Below are positions 17,390 to 26,951 of a stretch of 55,014 nt of DNA, piece after piece. Each line of letters opens with the position of its first letter. The first letter of the stretch is position 1. A model generated the notes under the pieces. It did no database searches. It was not told the origin of the DNA and worked only from the letters and a program-made list of their open reading frames with translations. The DNA comes from an uncultured Eubacteriales bacterium. Its GTDB lineage: Bacteria > Bacillota > Clostridia > Oscillospirales > Acutalibacteraceae. The stretch covers positions 1 to 55,014 of the forward strand of contig CAYMDU010000001.1 in assembly GCA_964389495.1 (NCBI GenBank). The letters run 5' to 3'. Both the position numbers and the translations under genes were made by a program.

Positions 17390-19788
17390 CATTCACAAAC
17401 CGTTTCGGCATACCGCACGGTTTCCATGGCGTCTTTGGCATACTTGTCGGCGCCGATGCTGTCGGCGTATTCCTGCGTGAGCACCGCACCGCCCACCACC
17501 ACGCGGCACCACGGTGCCGCTGCCCGCAACTGCCGGATGGTTTCTTCCATGGCGGGCACCGTGGTGGTCATCAACGCACTCAGCCCCGCCAGCGGCGCAT
17601 GGTGTTCCGTCACCGCCTGCACCACCGTTTCCGGCGGCACATCGCGCCCCAAATCCAGCACCGCAAACCCATAGTTTTCCAGCAACAACTTCACAATGTT
17701 TTTTCCAATATCGTGAATATCCCCGTGAACGGTGGCGATCACAATCGGGCCGCGGGCCGCCGCCTGATCCCCCGTGGCCATGCGCGATTTAATGCACTCA
17801 AACGCGCTTTTGGCCGCCTCGGCACTCATCAGCAGTTGCGGCAAATACACCGTTTTGTTTTCATAGCCCTCGCCCACACGGTTCAGTGCCGGAATAATCT
17901 CCTCATTCACCACCGCCAGCGGCTCTTTTTCCGCCAGCAACGCGGCTGTCAGCGCCCCGGCTCGATCTTGCAGTCCTTTCACAATGGCCTGCTGCAACGC
18001 CGATCCGCTCACCTCCGCCGCCTTGCCGGTCGCCGTCGGCGCGGTCGCGGCGGCAACCGAAGCAAACCCGGCCGCGGCCGCAATGTAGTTCTCGCAGTTG
18101 GTGTCCAGCCCCATCAACGCCCGATAGGCCGCCACCGCCCGTTGCATATCCGCCGAATAGGGATTCATAATCGCCGCCGACAGGCCGTTGGCCAACGCCA
18201 GCGTGAAAAAGGTGCCGGTAATCACATCCCGCGCCGGCAAGCCAAACGAAATGTTCGACACCCCCAACGAAGTGTGACACCCCAACTCCTGCCGAATACG
18301 GCGCAGCGCTTCCAGCGTCACCGCCGCGGCCGTGGGGTTGGCACTCACCGCCATGGCCAGCGTATCAAACACAATGTCGTGCTTGGCAATGCCGTATTGC
18401 GCCGCCGTGTCCGCAATGCGCCGTGCAATCGCCACACGCCCCTCGGCCGTGGCGGGAATTCCCTGCTCATCCAGTGTCAGTGCAATCACGGTGCCCCCGT
18501 ATTTTTTCACCAGCGGGAACACCGCCGCCATGCTTTCGGCCTTGCCGTTCACCGAATTCACCAGCGCCTTGCCGTTAATGCGGCGCAACGCCGCCTCCAT
18601 GGCAACCGGGTCACTGGTGTCCACCTGCAACGGCAAATCCGACACCGCCTGCAATTCGCACACCACACAGCGCAGCACGGCCGCTTCGTCAATCTCCGGC
18701 AACCCCACATTCACATCCAGCACCTGGGCACCGGCTTCCTGCTGCCGCAATCCTTCGTTCAGCACATAATCCATGTCCTGCTCCACCAGTGCCTGCCGAA
18801 ACCGCTTTTTCCCCGTGGGGTTAATGCGCTCGCCAATCAAAACCGGCTCGCGGCCAAACGCCACCGCGTGGGTATACGATGCCACCACCGTGCGCTTTTT
18901 GTCTGTCAGCGGCACCGGTTCCACCGCGGCCATCCGCGCCGCCAATTCTTCAATATACCGCGGCGTGGTACCGCAACAACCGCCCGCCACACGCACACCG
19001 GCACGCACCAGTTGCTCCATCTCGTCGGCAAATTCCTCGGCCGTCACATCAAACACCGTGGCTCCGTTCACCGACCGCGGCAACCCCGCGTTCGGCTTCA
19101 TCACCACCGGCACCGATGCCACCCGCAGCAATTCTTCGGCCACACCGCGCAACTGCCGCGGCCCCAACGAACAGTTGGCTCCCACCGCATCGGCTCCCAT
19201 GCCTTCCAGCATGGCCACCATGGCAGCGGGCGTTGCCCCCGTCATCAGCTTGCCGTCCTCGCCGTAGGCGTTGGTCACCACCACCGGCAACGCGCTGTTT
19301 TCCTTGGCCGCCAGCAACGCCGCCTTGGTTTCATAGCTGTCGTTCATGGTTTCAATCACAATCAAATCCGCGCCGTATTTCACGCCCAGCCGCACCGTTT
19401 CGGCAAACAGTGCCACCGCGTCCTCAAAATCCAAATCACCCAACGGCCGCAGCAGCTTTCCCGACGGGCCCACATCCAGCGCCACCCATTTTTCGCCCGG
19501 CCGCCGGCATTGCCGCCGCGCTTCGCGCGCGTTGTCCAGCGCCGCCCGAATCACCGTTTCCAGCTCGTCGGCCTCGTATTTCAGCCGATTGGCCCCAAAG
19601 GTGTTGGCACACACCACCTGGCTGCCGGCTTCAAAATACCGGCGGTGAATATCCGTAATCACCTCCGGGTGGGTCACATTCCACCGTTCCGGCTGCTCGC
19701 CCGGTTGCAATCCGCACGCTTGAAGCAAGGTTCCCATTCCGCCGTCCAAACACACCGTTTGGCGGCGCAACACTTCTCGAAAAGACAT
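17389..19788 (-). CDS. metH: Methionine synthase MetH (Hcy-binding, pterin-binding and B12-binding domains; no activation domain)
   Basis: LDGGMGT... is the homocysteine S-methyltransferase N-terminus. Pterin-binding region: SNISFGLP. Cobalamin-binding region: ATVHGDIHDIGKNIV (DxHxxG). The ATG at 19788 follows GGGAG at 8 nt. A GTG at 19797 is an alternative start. Confidence 0.9.
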   Translation of the reverse strand: MSFREVLRRQTVCLDGGMGTLLQACGLQPGEQPERWNVTHPEVITDIHRRYFEAGSQVVCANTFGANRLKYEADELETVIRAALDNAREARRQCRRPGEKWVALDVGPSGKLLRPLGDLDFEDAVALFAETVRLGVKYGADLIVIETMNDSYETKAALLAAKENSALPVVVTNAYGEDGKLMTGATPAAMVAMLEGMGADAVGANCSLGPRQLRGVAEELLRVASVPVVMKPNAGLPRSVNGATVFDVTAEEFADEMEQLVRAGVRVAGGCCGTTPRYIEELAARMAAVEPVPLTDKKRTVVASYTHAVAFGREPVLIGERINPTGKKRFRQALVEQDMDYVLNEGLRQQEAGAQVLDVNVGLPEIDEAAVLRCVVCELQAVSDLPLQVDTSDPVAMEAALRRINGKALVNSVNGKAESMAAVFPLVKKYGGTVIALTLDEQGIPATAEGRVAIARRIADTAAQYGIAKHDIVFDTLAMAVSANPTAAAVTLEALRRIRQELGCHTSLGVSNISFGLPARDVITGTFFTLALANGLSAAIMNPYSADMQRAVAAYRALMGLDTNCENYIAAAAGFASVAAATAPTATGKAAEVSGSALQQAIVKGLQDRAGALTAALLAEKEPLAVVNEEIIPALNRVGEGYENKTVYLPQLLMSAEAAKSAFECIKSRMATGDQAAARGPIVIATVHGDIHDIGKNIVKLLLENYGFAVLDLGRDVPPETVVQAVTEHHAPLAGLSALMTTTVPAMEETIRQLRAAAPWCRVVVGGAVLTQEYADSIGADKYAKDAMETVRYAETVCE

Positions 19789-19793
19789 GTTGT

Positions 19794-20387
19794 TCACTCC
19801 CGTATTCCCACAAACGCCGTCACCGATTTGCTCGGCGACATCAACAAACTGTCATTCAAACACACGCCAATGCGCCGTTCCGGTTCCAACACGCGAAAAA
19901 TCGGTGTTTGCACCGCCAGCGGCAGGTCGCCGTAGCCCGGACTGAACCGCGACGGCAACGCCCGCCGTTCGCGCATCTGTTCCGCACAAAAGGCATCGCA
20001 CAACGCCTCAATGCGTTCCGCGCCCAATGCCTGAAACAGCAACGCCCGCGCCGGCGATGTGCGGCTGTATTTGGCAATGGCACGGTCAACCGCCGTGCCC
20101 ACCGTGGCCGCAAACAGCATCACCCGCCGGCAGTCGCCCACATAGGCCGCCAAATCCCGCGAAGTCACCGAAAACGCCTCCATATCGCACACCGCCCCGC
20201 GCACGCGCACCGGCAGTTCGCAATAGCACACGGCACCGCCCCGGTTGCCCGGCCATTCCTCCGCGCACGCCCGCAACAACGCCGCCGTGGCTTCGTCGGC
20301 CTCGCGGCACCCCGCATAGCGCAGCGCCGTCCGTTCGTTCACCGGCGGCAGGGTGGCATACCGCCGTGTCAGCACCGCCGTGCTCAT
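19794..20387 (-). CDS. Stand-alone methionine synthase activation (AdoMet-binding) domain protein
   Basis: 197 aa with RFSPGYGDLPL and LLMSPSKSVTAFVG, as in the MetH C-terminal reactivation domain. Start and stop overlap metF and metH. Confidence 0.75.
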   Translation of the reverse strand: MSTAVLTRRYATLPPVNERTALRYAGCREADEATAALLRACAEEWPGNRGGAVCYCELPVRVRGAVCDMEAFSVTSRDLAAYVGDCRRVMLFAATVGTAVDRAIAKYSRTSPARALLFQALGAERIEALCDAFCAEQMRERRALPSRFSPGYGDLPLAVQTPIFRVLEPERRIGVCLNDSLLMSPSKSVTAFVGIRE

Positions 20388-21262
20388 CGGCCCACCATGT
20401 CCGACAGATTTTCCAAAATCCGCGCCGCCACATCCGGCTTGTTCATCGAATACACATGCACATTGGTGATGCCGTTGGCAAACAAATCAATAATCTGGTC
20501 GGTGGCATAGGCAATGCCCGCCTGCTTCATGGCCGCGGGATGGCTGCCGAATTTGTCCACCAAACTTTTAAACCGCTGCGGCATAAACGAACCGGACAGC
20601 CGAATCGCCCGCTCCACCTGGTTGGCGTTGGTAATCGGCATCACGCCGGGGATCACCGGCACCGTGATGCCCGCTTCGCGTATTTTATACAAAAAATTAT
20701 ACAGCAGATTGTTGTCAAAAAACATTTGCGTTGTTAAAAAGTCGCAACCCGCTTCCACCTTTTCTTTCAAATAGCGAATATCGGATTGCTGGTCGGCACT
20801 TTCGGGGTGCACTTCCGGATAGCAGGCACCGCCGATGCAAAAGTCCGCATCGGTTGCTTTCAGCTCGCGCACCAAATCAATCGCATGCCGGTAGTCCCAT
20901 CCCGACCGGTCGGCACCTTCCAGCTCGGCCGGAATATCGCCGCGCAACGCCATCACATTGGTAATGCCCGCCGCACGCATCTGCGCAATTTTTTCGCGCA
21001 CCGTTTCCTTGGTGGACGACACGCAGGTTAAATGCGCCAATGTCGGCACCCCGTGCTGTTCGTGAATGGTTTTGGCAATGTCCAGCGTGTAGCGGCTGGT
21101 TCCCCCGCCGGCACCGTAGGTCACGCTCATAAACGCCGGTTTCAGGCGGGCAATCGCCTCGGTGGCCTGCTGCACACTGTCAAACCGACTTTCCGTTTTC
21201 GGCGGAAACACTTCAAACGAAAGCGAAAGCGTTTTCCGTTGTAACAACTCCGTGATTTTCAT
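20384..21262 (-). CDS. metF: 5,10-methylenetetrahydrofolate reductase
   Basis: LSFEVFPPKT, VTYGAGGGT, LTCV and ALRGD are MetF signatures. Confidence 0.92.
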   Translation of the reverse strand: MKITELLQRKTLSLSFEVFPPKTESRFDSVQQATEAIARLKPAFMSVTYGAGGGTSRYTLDIAKTIHEQHGVPTLAHLTCVSSTKETVREKIAQMRAAGITNVMALRGDIPAELEGADRSGWDYRHAIDLVRELKATDADFCIGGACYPEVHPESADQQSDIRYLKEKVEAGCDFLTTQMFFDNNLLYNFLYKIREAGITVPVIPGVMPITNANQVERAIRLSGSFMPQRFKSLVDKFGSHPAAMKQAGIAYATDQIIDLFANGITNVHVYSMNKPDVAARILENLSDMVGR

Positions 21263-21313
21263 ACAATTCCCTTCTTGTTGCGGGTCTTTCGCGGCACAGG
21301 CCGCTATCTATAT

Positions 21314-21343
21314 TTTATATCACATTTTCCCCGCCGCCGTCAA
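21314..21343 (-). promoter_or_regulatory. Sigma-A type promoter for the metF/activation-domain/metH operon
   Basis: Minus strand reads TTGACG, 18 nt, TATAAA, with a TGTG -16 element. The remaining leader is only about 50 nt. Confidence 0.5.
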
Positions 21344-21363
21344 TCCCCGCCGCCCTCATTCCG

Positions 21364-21410
21364 CAAAAAAAGCGTTGCCCGCCCCTTTCGGAACGGTACA
21401 ACGCTTTTTC
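21364..21410 (-). terminator. Rho-independent terminator of the giant GH gene
   Basis: Minus strand reads AAAAAGCGTTGTACCGTTCCGAAAGGGGCGGGCAACGCTTTTTTT: a long stem with a GAAA loop and G-U pairs, then a T7 run. Confidence 0.75.
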
Positions 21411-21419
21411 ACTGTTGTC

Positions 21420-24400
21420 CTAGGCCCCGCGGCTTTGTGCCGCCGCCACACTGTCGGTCATGGCTTCGGTATACAGCACGGTGCCGTCATCCAAAATCAC
21501 ATAGCCCCGCACCGTGTACACCCGGTTTTCAAACTCGCTTTGTGCCACATCGGTGCCTTTTCTCATCACCACCGTGAAATCCACATAGGCGGCCGTGTAA
21601 TCCACCAGCTTCATGTCATCGCCCTTGGTATAGGCCACGGCTTTCCACATGCGCAAAGCCCCGCTGCTGTTCGCGTGTGCCTCCGCCGTTTCCAAAGTCA
21701 GCTCGGCGGTGTTCGCGTTGCGCTTCAACAGCGACCCAAACTCCGTCACCGTGTGTTGCACTCCGCGGTAGCACACGGTGATACCGCCGTCTTGGTCAAA
21801 AGCCAGCCCGTCCACTGCCATGCGGTTCAAAAACCGCACGCCTTGGGGGGCGGCATTGCCGGCCGCATAGTACACCGAAGTACCCACCGTGGCCACCGCC
21901 AACGAGGTGTCCGCCGTGCTCACAAATTCGGCGGTAACGGCCACCGTGGTGTCGGCAGGCATCGTAAACGCAAACTGCAACCCGCTTCCTTCGCCGAACT
22001 CACCGCTCGCTTTGTTCAAAATGCGGCGCTGCGTTCCGTCGGTCGCACGGTAGCACAGGCTGCCCGGCACCAACTGATAGCCCGCCTTCGGCGTCACGGT
22101 CACCGTCACCTCTTGGCCGCTCACGGCATCCAAGTGCAGGCCGTCGGTTTCGCCGTCCGACAGCACCAGCGTTCCGTTCACCGTGTCGGCCGCATAGGCC
22201 CCGCCCTGCTTCACAATCCGCAAATTGTCAAAATAGCTGGTGCCGTCGGCACTCCCGTTCACCGCCTTGTCCACGCGGCGAATCAGTGCCAATTCCCAGC
22301 CGGTGTTGCTGTGAGCAATGGTTCCCGTTGTAAACGGCAACATCACCGTTTTCCACGCGCCGTCACTGTCTTTCAGCTTGGTGGCCTGTATCATGTTTTC
22401 GCCATTCACCGTATTGCCCTTGCCGCCGTAATTGATATACAGCTCCGGGTAGCCGCCGCCCACATTTTTGTAATCCAGCATCAGCACATACGCCGTATTG
22501 TCTTCCAACGCCGCAAACAGCTTGCCTTTGTAATACTGCTCACTTCCCGTAGCACCGCTCAGCACCAGCGCATAGCCGCCGTTGGCATCGGCTCCGGCGG
22601 TAACCGCCGGATTGCCGCCCCATTCGGCTGTGGCTCCCAGCTCAAAATCGCCGTTCACAATCACATTGGCATACGGGCTCACCGTCACCACGCACCGGCT
22701 GGACACCGTGCCCGCCGTGGCCGTAATCACGGCAACGCCTTCGCTCTGTGCCGTAATGTTTCCGGCGCTGTCCACGGTGGCCACCGCTTCGTTGTCGGAA
22801 CGCCACACCGCCGACCCGGCATAGGCGTCGGCCGGCTGCGTTTCCGCCGTCATCGTCACCGTCGTCCCGGGCCGCAACTGCAACGACGCCGTGTTCAGCT
22901 TCAAGCTCGTCAACGCCGGCAACAGCCGCAAACACACATCGTCAATGGCGGTTCCTTCGTTAAAATTTGACAACGCAATGGCATAGTTGCTCACCAGCTT
23001 CGGGTTATCGCCGGTTTGCAACACACAGGTGTATTGCTTCCACCCGTCGGCATCGGCCTTGCCAATGGTTTTGGTGCTATTAACCGGCTGCACATCGCGG
23101 TTGTTGTTATCCGCCATGCCGGTATTATACCACACCTTGCCGGTGTCGCCGGATTCTCCTTTAAAATACAGCGAAAACTCATAATAGCGGTTCGGAAGCA
23201 GCGTGAAATTCTGCCCTTTCAAATACACCGACCCGCTGCCGCGCACCAACGCCGCCGAACCGTTGCGCCCCGCGCCGGCAACCACCGTGCCGCCCAACTC
23301 ATACCAGTCCAGCAACGGATTGTCCCCTTCAAAATCGCCGTTTTGCATCCTGTTGGCGTTCTCGGAAACACTCACGGTGCAAACGGCGGTTTTTCCGTTC
23401 ACCGTCACTGTCACCGTGGCTTCGCCCGTGCCCGTCGCGGTAACCACACCTTGGCGGTTCACCGTCACCACCGACCGGTCGCTGCTTTCCCAGCACACCG
23501 TCTGCGCCGTTGCGTCGGCCGGCAACACCGTGAACCCCAACTGCCGGCTGCCGTTCGGAACAACCGACACCTCGTTGTTGCTCAGTATCACGCTTTCCAC
23601 GGCCGGCCGTGTCAGTGCCACTTTAATCACGGTATCCACCGCACTCCACGAACAACCGCTCGGCAGTGTCACCGTGTATCCGCCGTCGGCGGCCGCGGCA
23701 AGGCGCACCCCCGCGGTGGCGGTACCGTCAAAATTCAGCAACACACCTTCCGCCGCCGGCACCGATCCGTCTGCCGTGGCCGGCAATGTCAGCGTATCGC
23801 CGTTGGGTGCTGTCAGCACATGCAAATACAAATACGCCCCGTCTGCCGATTCGGCAGCCGCTCCCCATTCCAGCGTGGCCAGTGTGCTTTCTTCCGCCGT
23901 GGGATAGGCCGTGGACGGAATCACATTCTTCACCGACTCGGCAACGCCCTGCAAGTAGGTATCGTTCATCGTGGTGAACAACTCATAAATCCCATACGCC
24001 CACAGTGTGTCCAGGTTTTCGTTTTCCCGCTCCGGGTACACCGCCAGCGATGCCGCAAATCCGCCGTGCGTGGAAATGGTGGACATCAGCGCCGTGTAGC
24101 GATACAGCGACTCCGCGCTGTTATACGCCGTGATCGGCTGTTGGGTTTGCGGCGATGTGGTAAACCATTCGCCGCCCACCACCATGGCACTTTGATTGTG
24201 CGACACTTTCAACGTTTCCAAATCGGTGGGGCGAATTTCCCACGCGCGATAATCCGCCCCGTTATACAGCGGCGCCGGGTTCACCACCTGGTCAAATCCG
24301 GCATTCATAATCAGCGCCATCGCCGGATTAAAGGTCAGACAGGTTTCGCGCAACCGCTGCTGCGGCGCACCGGTGGCAATGTGATTGTACCACCCGTCAA

Positions 24401-26834
24401 AATACAACGCCTTAATGCGGGTTCCGTACCGCTCACACAGTTCATAATACAACTCGTTGATATACTGATTCCAGGTGGCATACGAATCGGTCGCATCGTT
24501 CCACCCGGTCAACGCCTGGTCCTCCGCCGTCAGGTCGTGCCCGTCACAGGGGTGCGTATACAAATACAAATCAATGCCATACGGCTCCAACGCCGTCAGC
24601 AACTCTTCAATCAAATCCGTGTCGGCATACGACTTCATGCCCAGCGTGTCCTCGCTCCGTCGGTCGTCGCGCCACCGCTCGTTGGTCATGCTGGGAAACA
24701 GCGACCGCATATCGGCGTGCCACACCGTGAACATCACATACTCCACGCCGAACTCGCTCAACTCTTTGGCAAATTGCTCGGCATCAAAATTGTCGGCCAG
24801 CGCATCCACTTCCGTCACTTTGGTACCATCGGCATACACCGTGCCCGATGTGATCACCTTGCCGGCTTCTTTGGTGTCTGTCACCGCCGGCACATAGTGA
24901 ACAAAAAAGCCATACGACCGCTTTTCAAACTTGTCCAGCTCCGCATCGATTTGCGCATCGGTCATCGTCTGCGCCGCAACCGGTTTGTATATCGGCACCA
25001 GCAATTCGTCTGTCAGGGCATACTCGCCGCTGGCTTTGTGCGTCACCCGCAAACGAAGCCGCACCCCCGTGGTGGCGCTCGGCCGCGTAATCGTTCCGTC
25101 TGTTGCCACAACGGTCGGGTGACTGCTGCTTTCAATGGTCACCGCAAACGCCTCGGCATTGTCCACCTGCGGTGTCGGCATCGGCATGGCCGTTGCCTCG
25201 GCTTCCGGCAACGGCAACAGGTCAATCGAAGCCGCCGCTGCTTCGGCCAACAACCCGTTCGGGCTGTTCACCGTCACCTTGCGCTGCACGGTGGCCGCAT
25301 CGGCCGGATTCAAACGGTTTGTCACCTTCAAAGTCAGGGTCACCTCGGTCTTTTTTTCGGGAACGGTAATCGTGCGGTCGGTTGCTATCACGCCCACCGG
25401 CTCGCTTTGCGTAATCACCACTTTAAAATACCGGTTGTCAATCGTCTGCCACTTCACCGCGGCATCGCCGGATTGAACGGGCTTCACCGTCAGTGCGGCA
25501 GCCGCTTCGGCGGCGCTTTGAAGCGACACCGCCACGCCATACACTTCCATCTCGGCCAACTGCACGGAATAGTTGTCGCCGTCGTGGTTCAATTTGGTAC
25601 ACCACAGCCGCACATACCGGCCATAGGTCGGTGTCACCGCCACCGACTGCATGGCCTCGTTGGAAGTCACCGCGTAATCCGTGGCGCTGTACGCCGTTGT
25701 CCACTGCGTCCCGTCGGCCGACACCTGAATGGCAAAATCCGTCGGCATGCCGCGGTGGCTGGTGCGATACCGCGGATAAATGTCCACCCGCTTCACCAGC
25801 ATCGGCTCGGCCAAGGTCAGCATGGCCCATTCGGCACCGTCGGCGTTGGTAGGCACCGCCGTGGTATACTGTTTGGACGACCAGCCGCTGCTGCCGGTTT
25901 GCCGATTGCCGTCAATCAGCTTGGCAACCCCCCAGTTGCTGTTGGCCTCCGACGAGGCCGTTGCCGCCGAAACCACCGCTTTTTCGGCCGGCTGTTCCGC
26001 CACGCCAACCACCGTCACCGTAATCGGTGCCGTGTCCGCCGCGGTTGTACCGTCGCTGAGTGTCAGCACCACATCGCACGAACCGCTGTTCACCGTGTCC
26101 ACACTGCCGTCTGTGTCCACCACCGCGGTGCTGCTGGTGCTTTTCAAGGTGGTGGTAATGCCCGGAAGAGCAGAATACAGCAGGCAGGCGTTTTGCCGGT
26201 CAATCGCCACCGCGTCCATCGCCGCCGCATACGCCGCCACATCGGCCAGCGGCGTGTAATAGGCTTCCATCTCCATAAACTGGCACCGATACGACAGCTG
26301 CGCCGCCGACGGATTTTCGGTATACAATTTGGTGGCATCCACCTTAATATACTGCACCGCCATCTGTTGCGCAAAACAGAACACCTGCCACTCCTTGCCG
26401 GTGGGGGTGTAGTCGGTTTGCGTGGAAACGGTTTTCCAGGTCACCCCGTCGCCCGACACCTGAATGGTAAACTCCGTCGGGAAACACCGCAACACCTCTT
26501 GCCCGTTCACGGTTTCATACCGCGGATACAGCCGCACCTCGTCCAGCAATGTCGCTTGCGGCAGTTGCAGTTGTATCCAGGCATGGGTGTTTTGCTCATA
26601 GGTGTTCGGGTCGCTCGACCATCCGGTTGTCAGCTTGCCGTCCACCAATCCGCTCATCGGAAAACTGCTGTGAGCGCCGCTCGCCGTCAGCACCGCGCTG
26701 TCCAGCGCAATCGGCACCTTGTCGGTCGCCGACTCCTCCGCTGTTGCCACCGGCATCACACCGGTCATCAGCGAAGTCATCAGCAGCACCGCCGCTGTCA
26801 AAAACGAAATCCACCGTTTGGTATTTGCAGGCAT
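21420..26834 (-). CDS. Secreted multidomain glycoside hydrolase (1804 aa). Domain order: two F5/8 type C (discoidin) domains, Ig-like modules, a GH29-like (alpha-L-fucosidase-type) catalytic region, two Big_2 domains alternating with two jelly-roll CBM-like domains, and an uncharacterised C-terminal tail
   Basis: Signal peptide MPANTKRWISFLTAAVLLMTSLMTGVMPVATA. Discoidin-like GWSS...VRLYPRY...FTIQVSGDGVTW occurs twice. The catalytic region has YGFFVHY, EYVMFTVWHADM and IKALYFDGW (GH29-like xLWFDG). Big_2-like AVATVDSAGNITAQSEGVAVITATAG. The ATG at 26834 follows AAGGAGAGAG. Confidence 0.8.
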   Translation of the reverse strand: MPANTKRWISFLTAAVLLMTSLMTGVMPVATAEESATDKVPIALDSAVLTASGAHSSFPMSGLVDGKLTTGWSSDPNTYEQNTHAWIQLQLPQATLLDEVRLYPRYETVNGQEVLRCFPTEFTIQVSGDGVTWKTVSTQTDYTPTGKEWQVFCFAQQMAVQYIKVDATKLYTENPSAAQLSYRCQFMEMEAYYTPLADVAAYAAAMDAVAIDRQNACLLYSALPGITTTLKSTSSTAVVDTDGSVDTVNSGSCDVVLTLSDGTTAADTAPITVTVVGVAEQPAEKAVVSAATASSEANSNWGVAKLIDGNRQTGSSGWSSKQYTTAVPTNADGAEWAMLTLAEPMLVKRVDIYPRYRTSHRGMPTDFAIQVSADGTQWTTAYSATDYAVTSNEAMQSVAVTPTYGRYVRLWCTKLNHDGDNYSVQLAEMEVYGVAVSLQSAAEAAAALTVKPVQSGDAAVKWQTIDNRYFKVVITQSEPVGVIATDRTITVPEKKTEVTLTLKVTNRLNPADAATVQRKVTVNSPNGLLAEAAAASIDLLPLPEAEATAMPMPTPQVDNAEAFAVTIESSSHPTVVATDGTITRPSATTGVRLRLRVTHKASGEYALTDELLVPIYKPVAAQTMTDAQIDAELDKFEKRSYGFFVHYVPAVTDTKEAGKVITSGTVYADGTKVTEVDALADNFDAEQFAKELSEFGVEYVMFTVWHADMRSLFPSMTNERWRDDRRSEDTLGMKSYADTDLIEELLTALEPYGIDLYLYTHPCDGHDLTAEDQALTGWNDATDSYATWNQYINELYYELCERYGTRIKALYFDGWYNHIATGAPQQRLRETCLTFNPAMALIMNAGFDQVVNPAPLYNGADYRAWEIRPTDLETLKVSHNQSAMVVGGEWFTTSPQTQQPITAYNSAESLYRYTALMSTISTHGGFAASLAVYPERENENLDTLWAYGIYELFTTMNDTYLQGVAESVKNVIPSTAYPTAEESTLATLEWGAAAESADGAYLYLHVLTAPNGDTLTLPATADGSVPAAEGVLLNFDGTATAGVRLAAAADGGYTVTLPSGCSWSAVDTVIKVALTRPAVESVILSNNEVSVVPNGSRQLGFTVLPADATAQTVCWESSDRSVVTVNRQGVVTATGTGEATVTVTVNGKTAVCTVSVSENANRMQNGDFEGDNPLLDWYELGGTVVAGAGRNGSAALVRGSGSVYLKGQNFTLLPNRYYEFSLYFKGESGDTGKVWYNTGMADNNNRDVQPVNSTKTIGKADADGWKQYTCVLQTGDNPKLVSNYAIALSNFNEGTAIDDVCLRLLPALTSLKLNTASLQLRPGTTVTMTAETQPADAYAGSAVWRSDNEAVATVDSAGNITAQSEGVAVITATAGTVSSRCVVTVSPYANVIVNGDFELGATAEWGGNPAVTAGADANGGYALVLSGATGSEQYYKGKLFAALEDNTAYVLMLDYKNVGGGYPELYINYGGKGNTVNGENMIQATKLKDSDGAWKTVMLPFTTGTIAHSNTGWELALIRRVDKAVNGSADGTSYFDNLRIVKQGGAYAADTVNGTLVLSDGETDGLHLDAVSGQEVTVTVTPKAGYQLVPGSLCYRATDGTQRRILNKASGEFGEGSGLQFAFTMPADTTVAVTAEFVSTADTSLAVATVGTSVYYAAGNAAPQGVRFLNRMAVDGLAFDQDGGITVCYRGVQHTVTEFGSLLKRNANTAELTLETAEAHANSSGALRMWKAVAYTKGDDMKLVDYTAAYVDFTVVMRKGTDVAQSEFENRVYTVRGYVILDDGTVLYTEAMTDSVAAAQSRGA

Positions 26835-26878
26835 ACCACTCTCTCCTTCGGTGCCTTTTTTGGAAAGCAAGGCACCCC

Positions 26879-26915
26879 TTGACTTTATTGTACAAAAATG
26901 CTACACTAAAATCAA
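26879..26915. promoter_or_regulatory. Interdigitated divergent promoters for the AraC regulator (+) and the giant GH gene (-)
   Basis: Plus strand: TTGACT (26879), 17 nt, TACACT (26902), with an upstream TG. Minus strand: TTGATT (26915-26910), 17 nt, TACAAT (26892-26887). Confidence 0.5.
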
Positions 26916-26951
26916 CCTACTTTTTTGCCGATTATGGGGGTGAATTTTACC

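Noticed and set aside
16708-19935. 1075-aa ORF on the plus strand.
   Set aside because: It begins inside the CE15-like gene in another frame and then runs antisense through the terminator and all of metH. The composition is Arg/His/Pro-rich and not credible.
21263-21363. SAM or cobalamin riboswitch, or a T-box, upstream of metF-metH.
   Set aside because: Only about 50 nt lie between the predicted -10 and the metF SD. That holds one short hairpin and is far too short for these elements.
21420-26834. Known cell-surface anchors (LPXTG sortase signal, SLH, dockerin, choline-binding or C-terminal TM) in the two giant proteins (also 50640-53957).
   Set aside because: I found none of these motifs on reading the C-terminal 300 aa of either protein. 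The shared tail is therefore reported as unexplained rather than called an anchor.
23016-26882. 1288-aa ORF (and 21162-22970, 602 aa) antisense to the giant GH gene.
   Set aside because: Arg/His/Gly/Pro-rich. The minus-strand frame carries a signal peptide and discoidin, Big_2 and GH29-like motifs.
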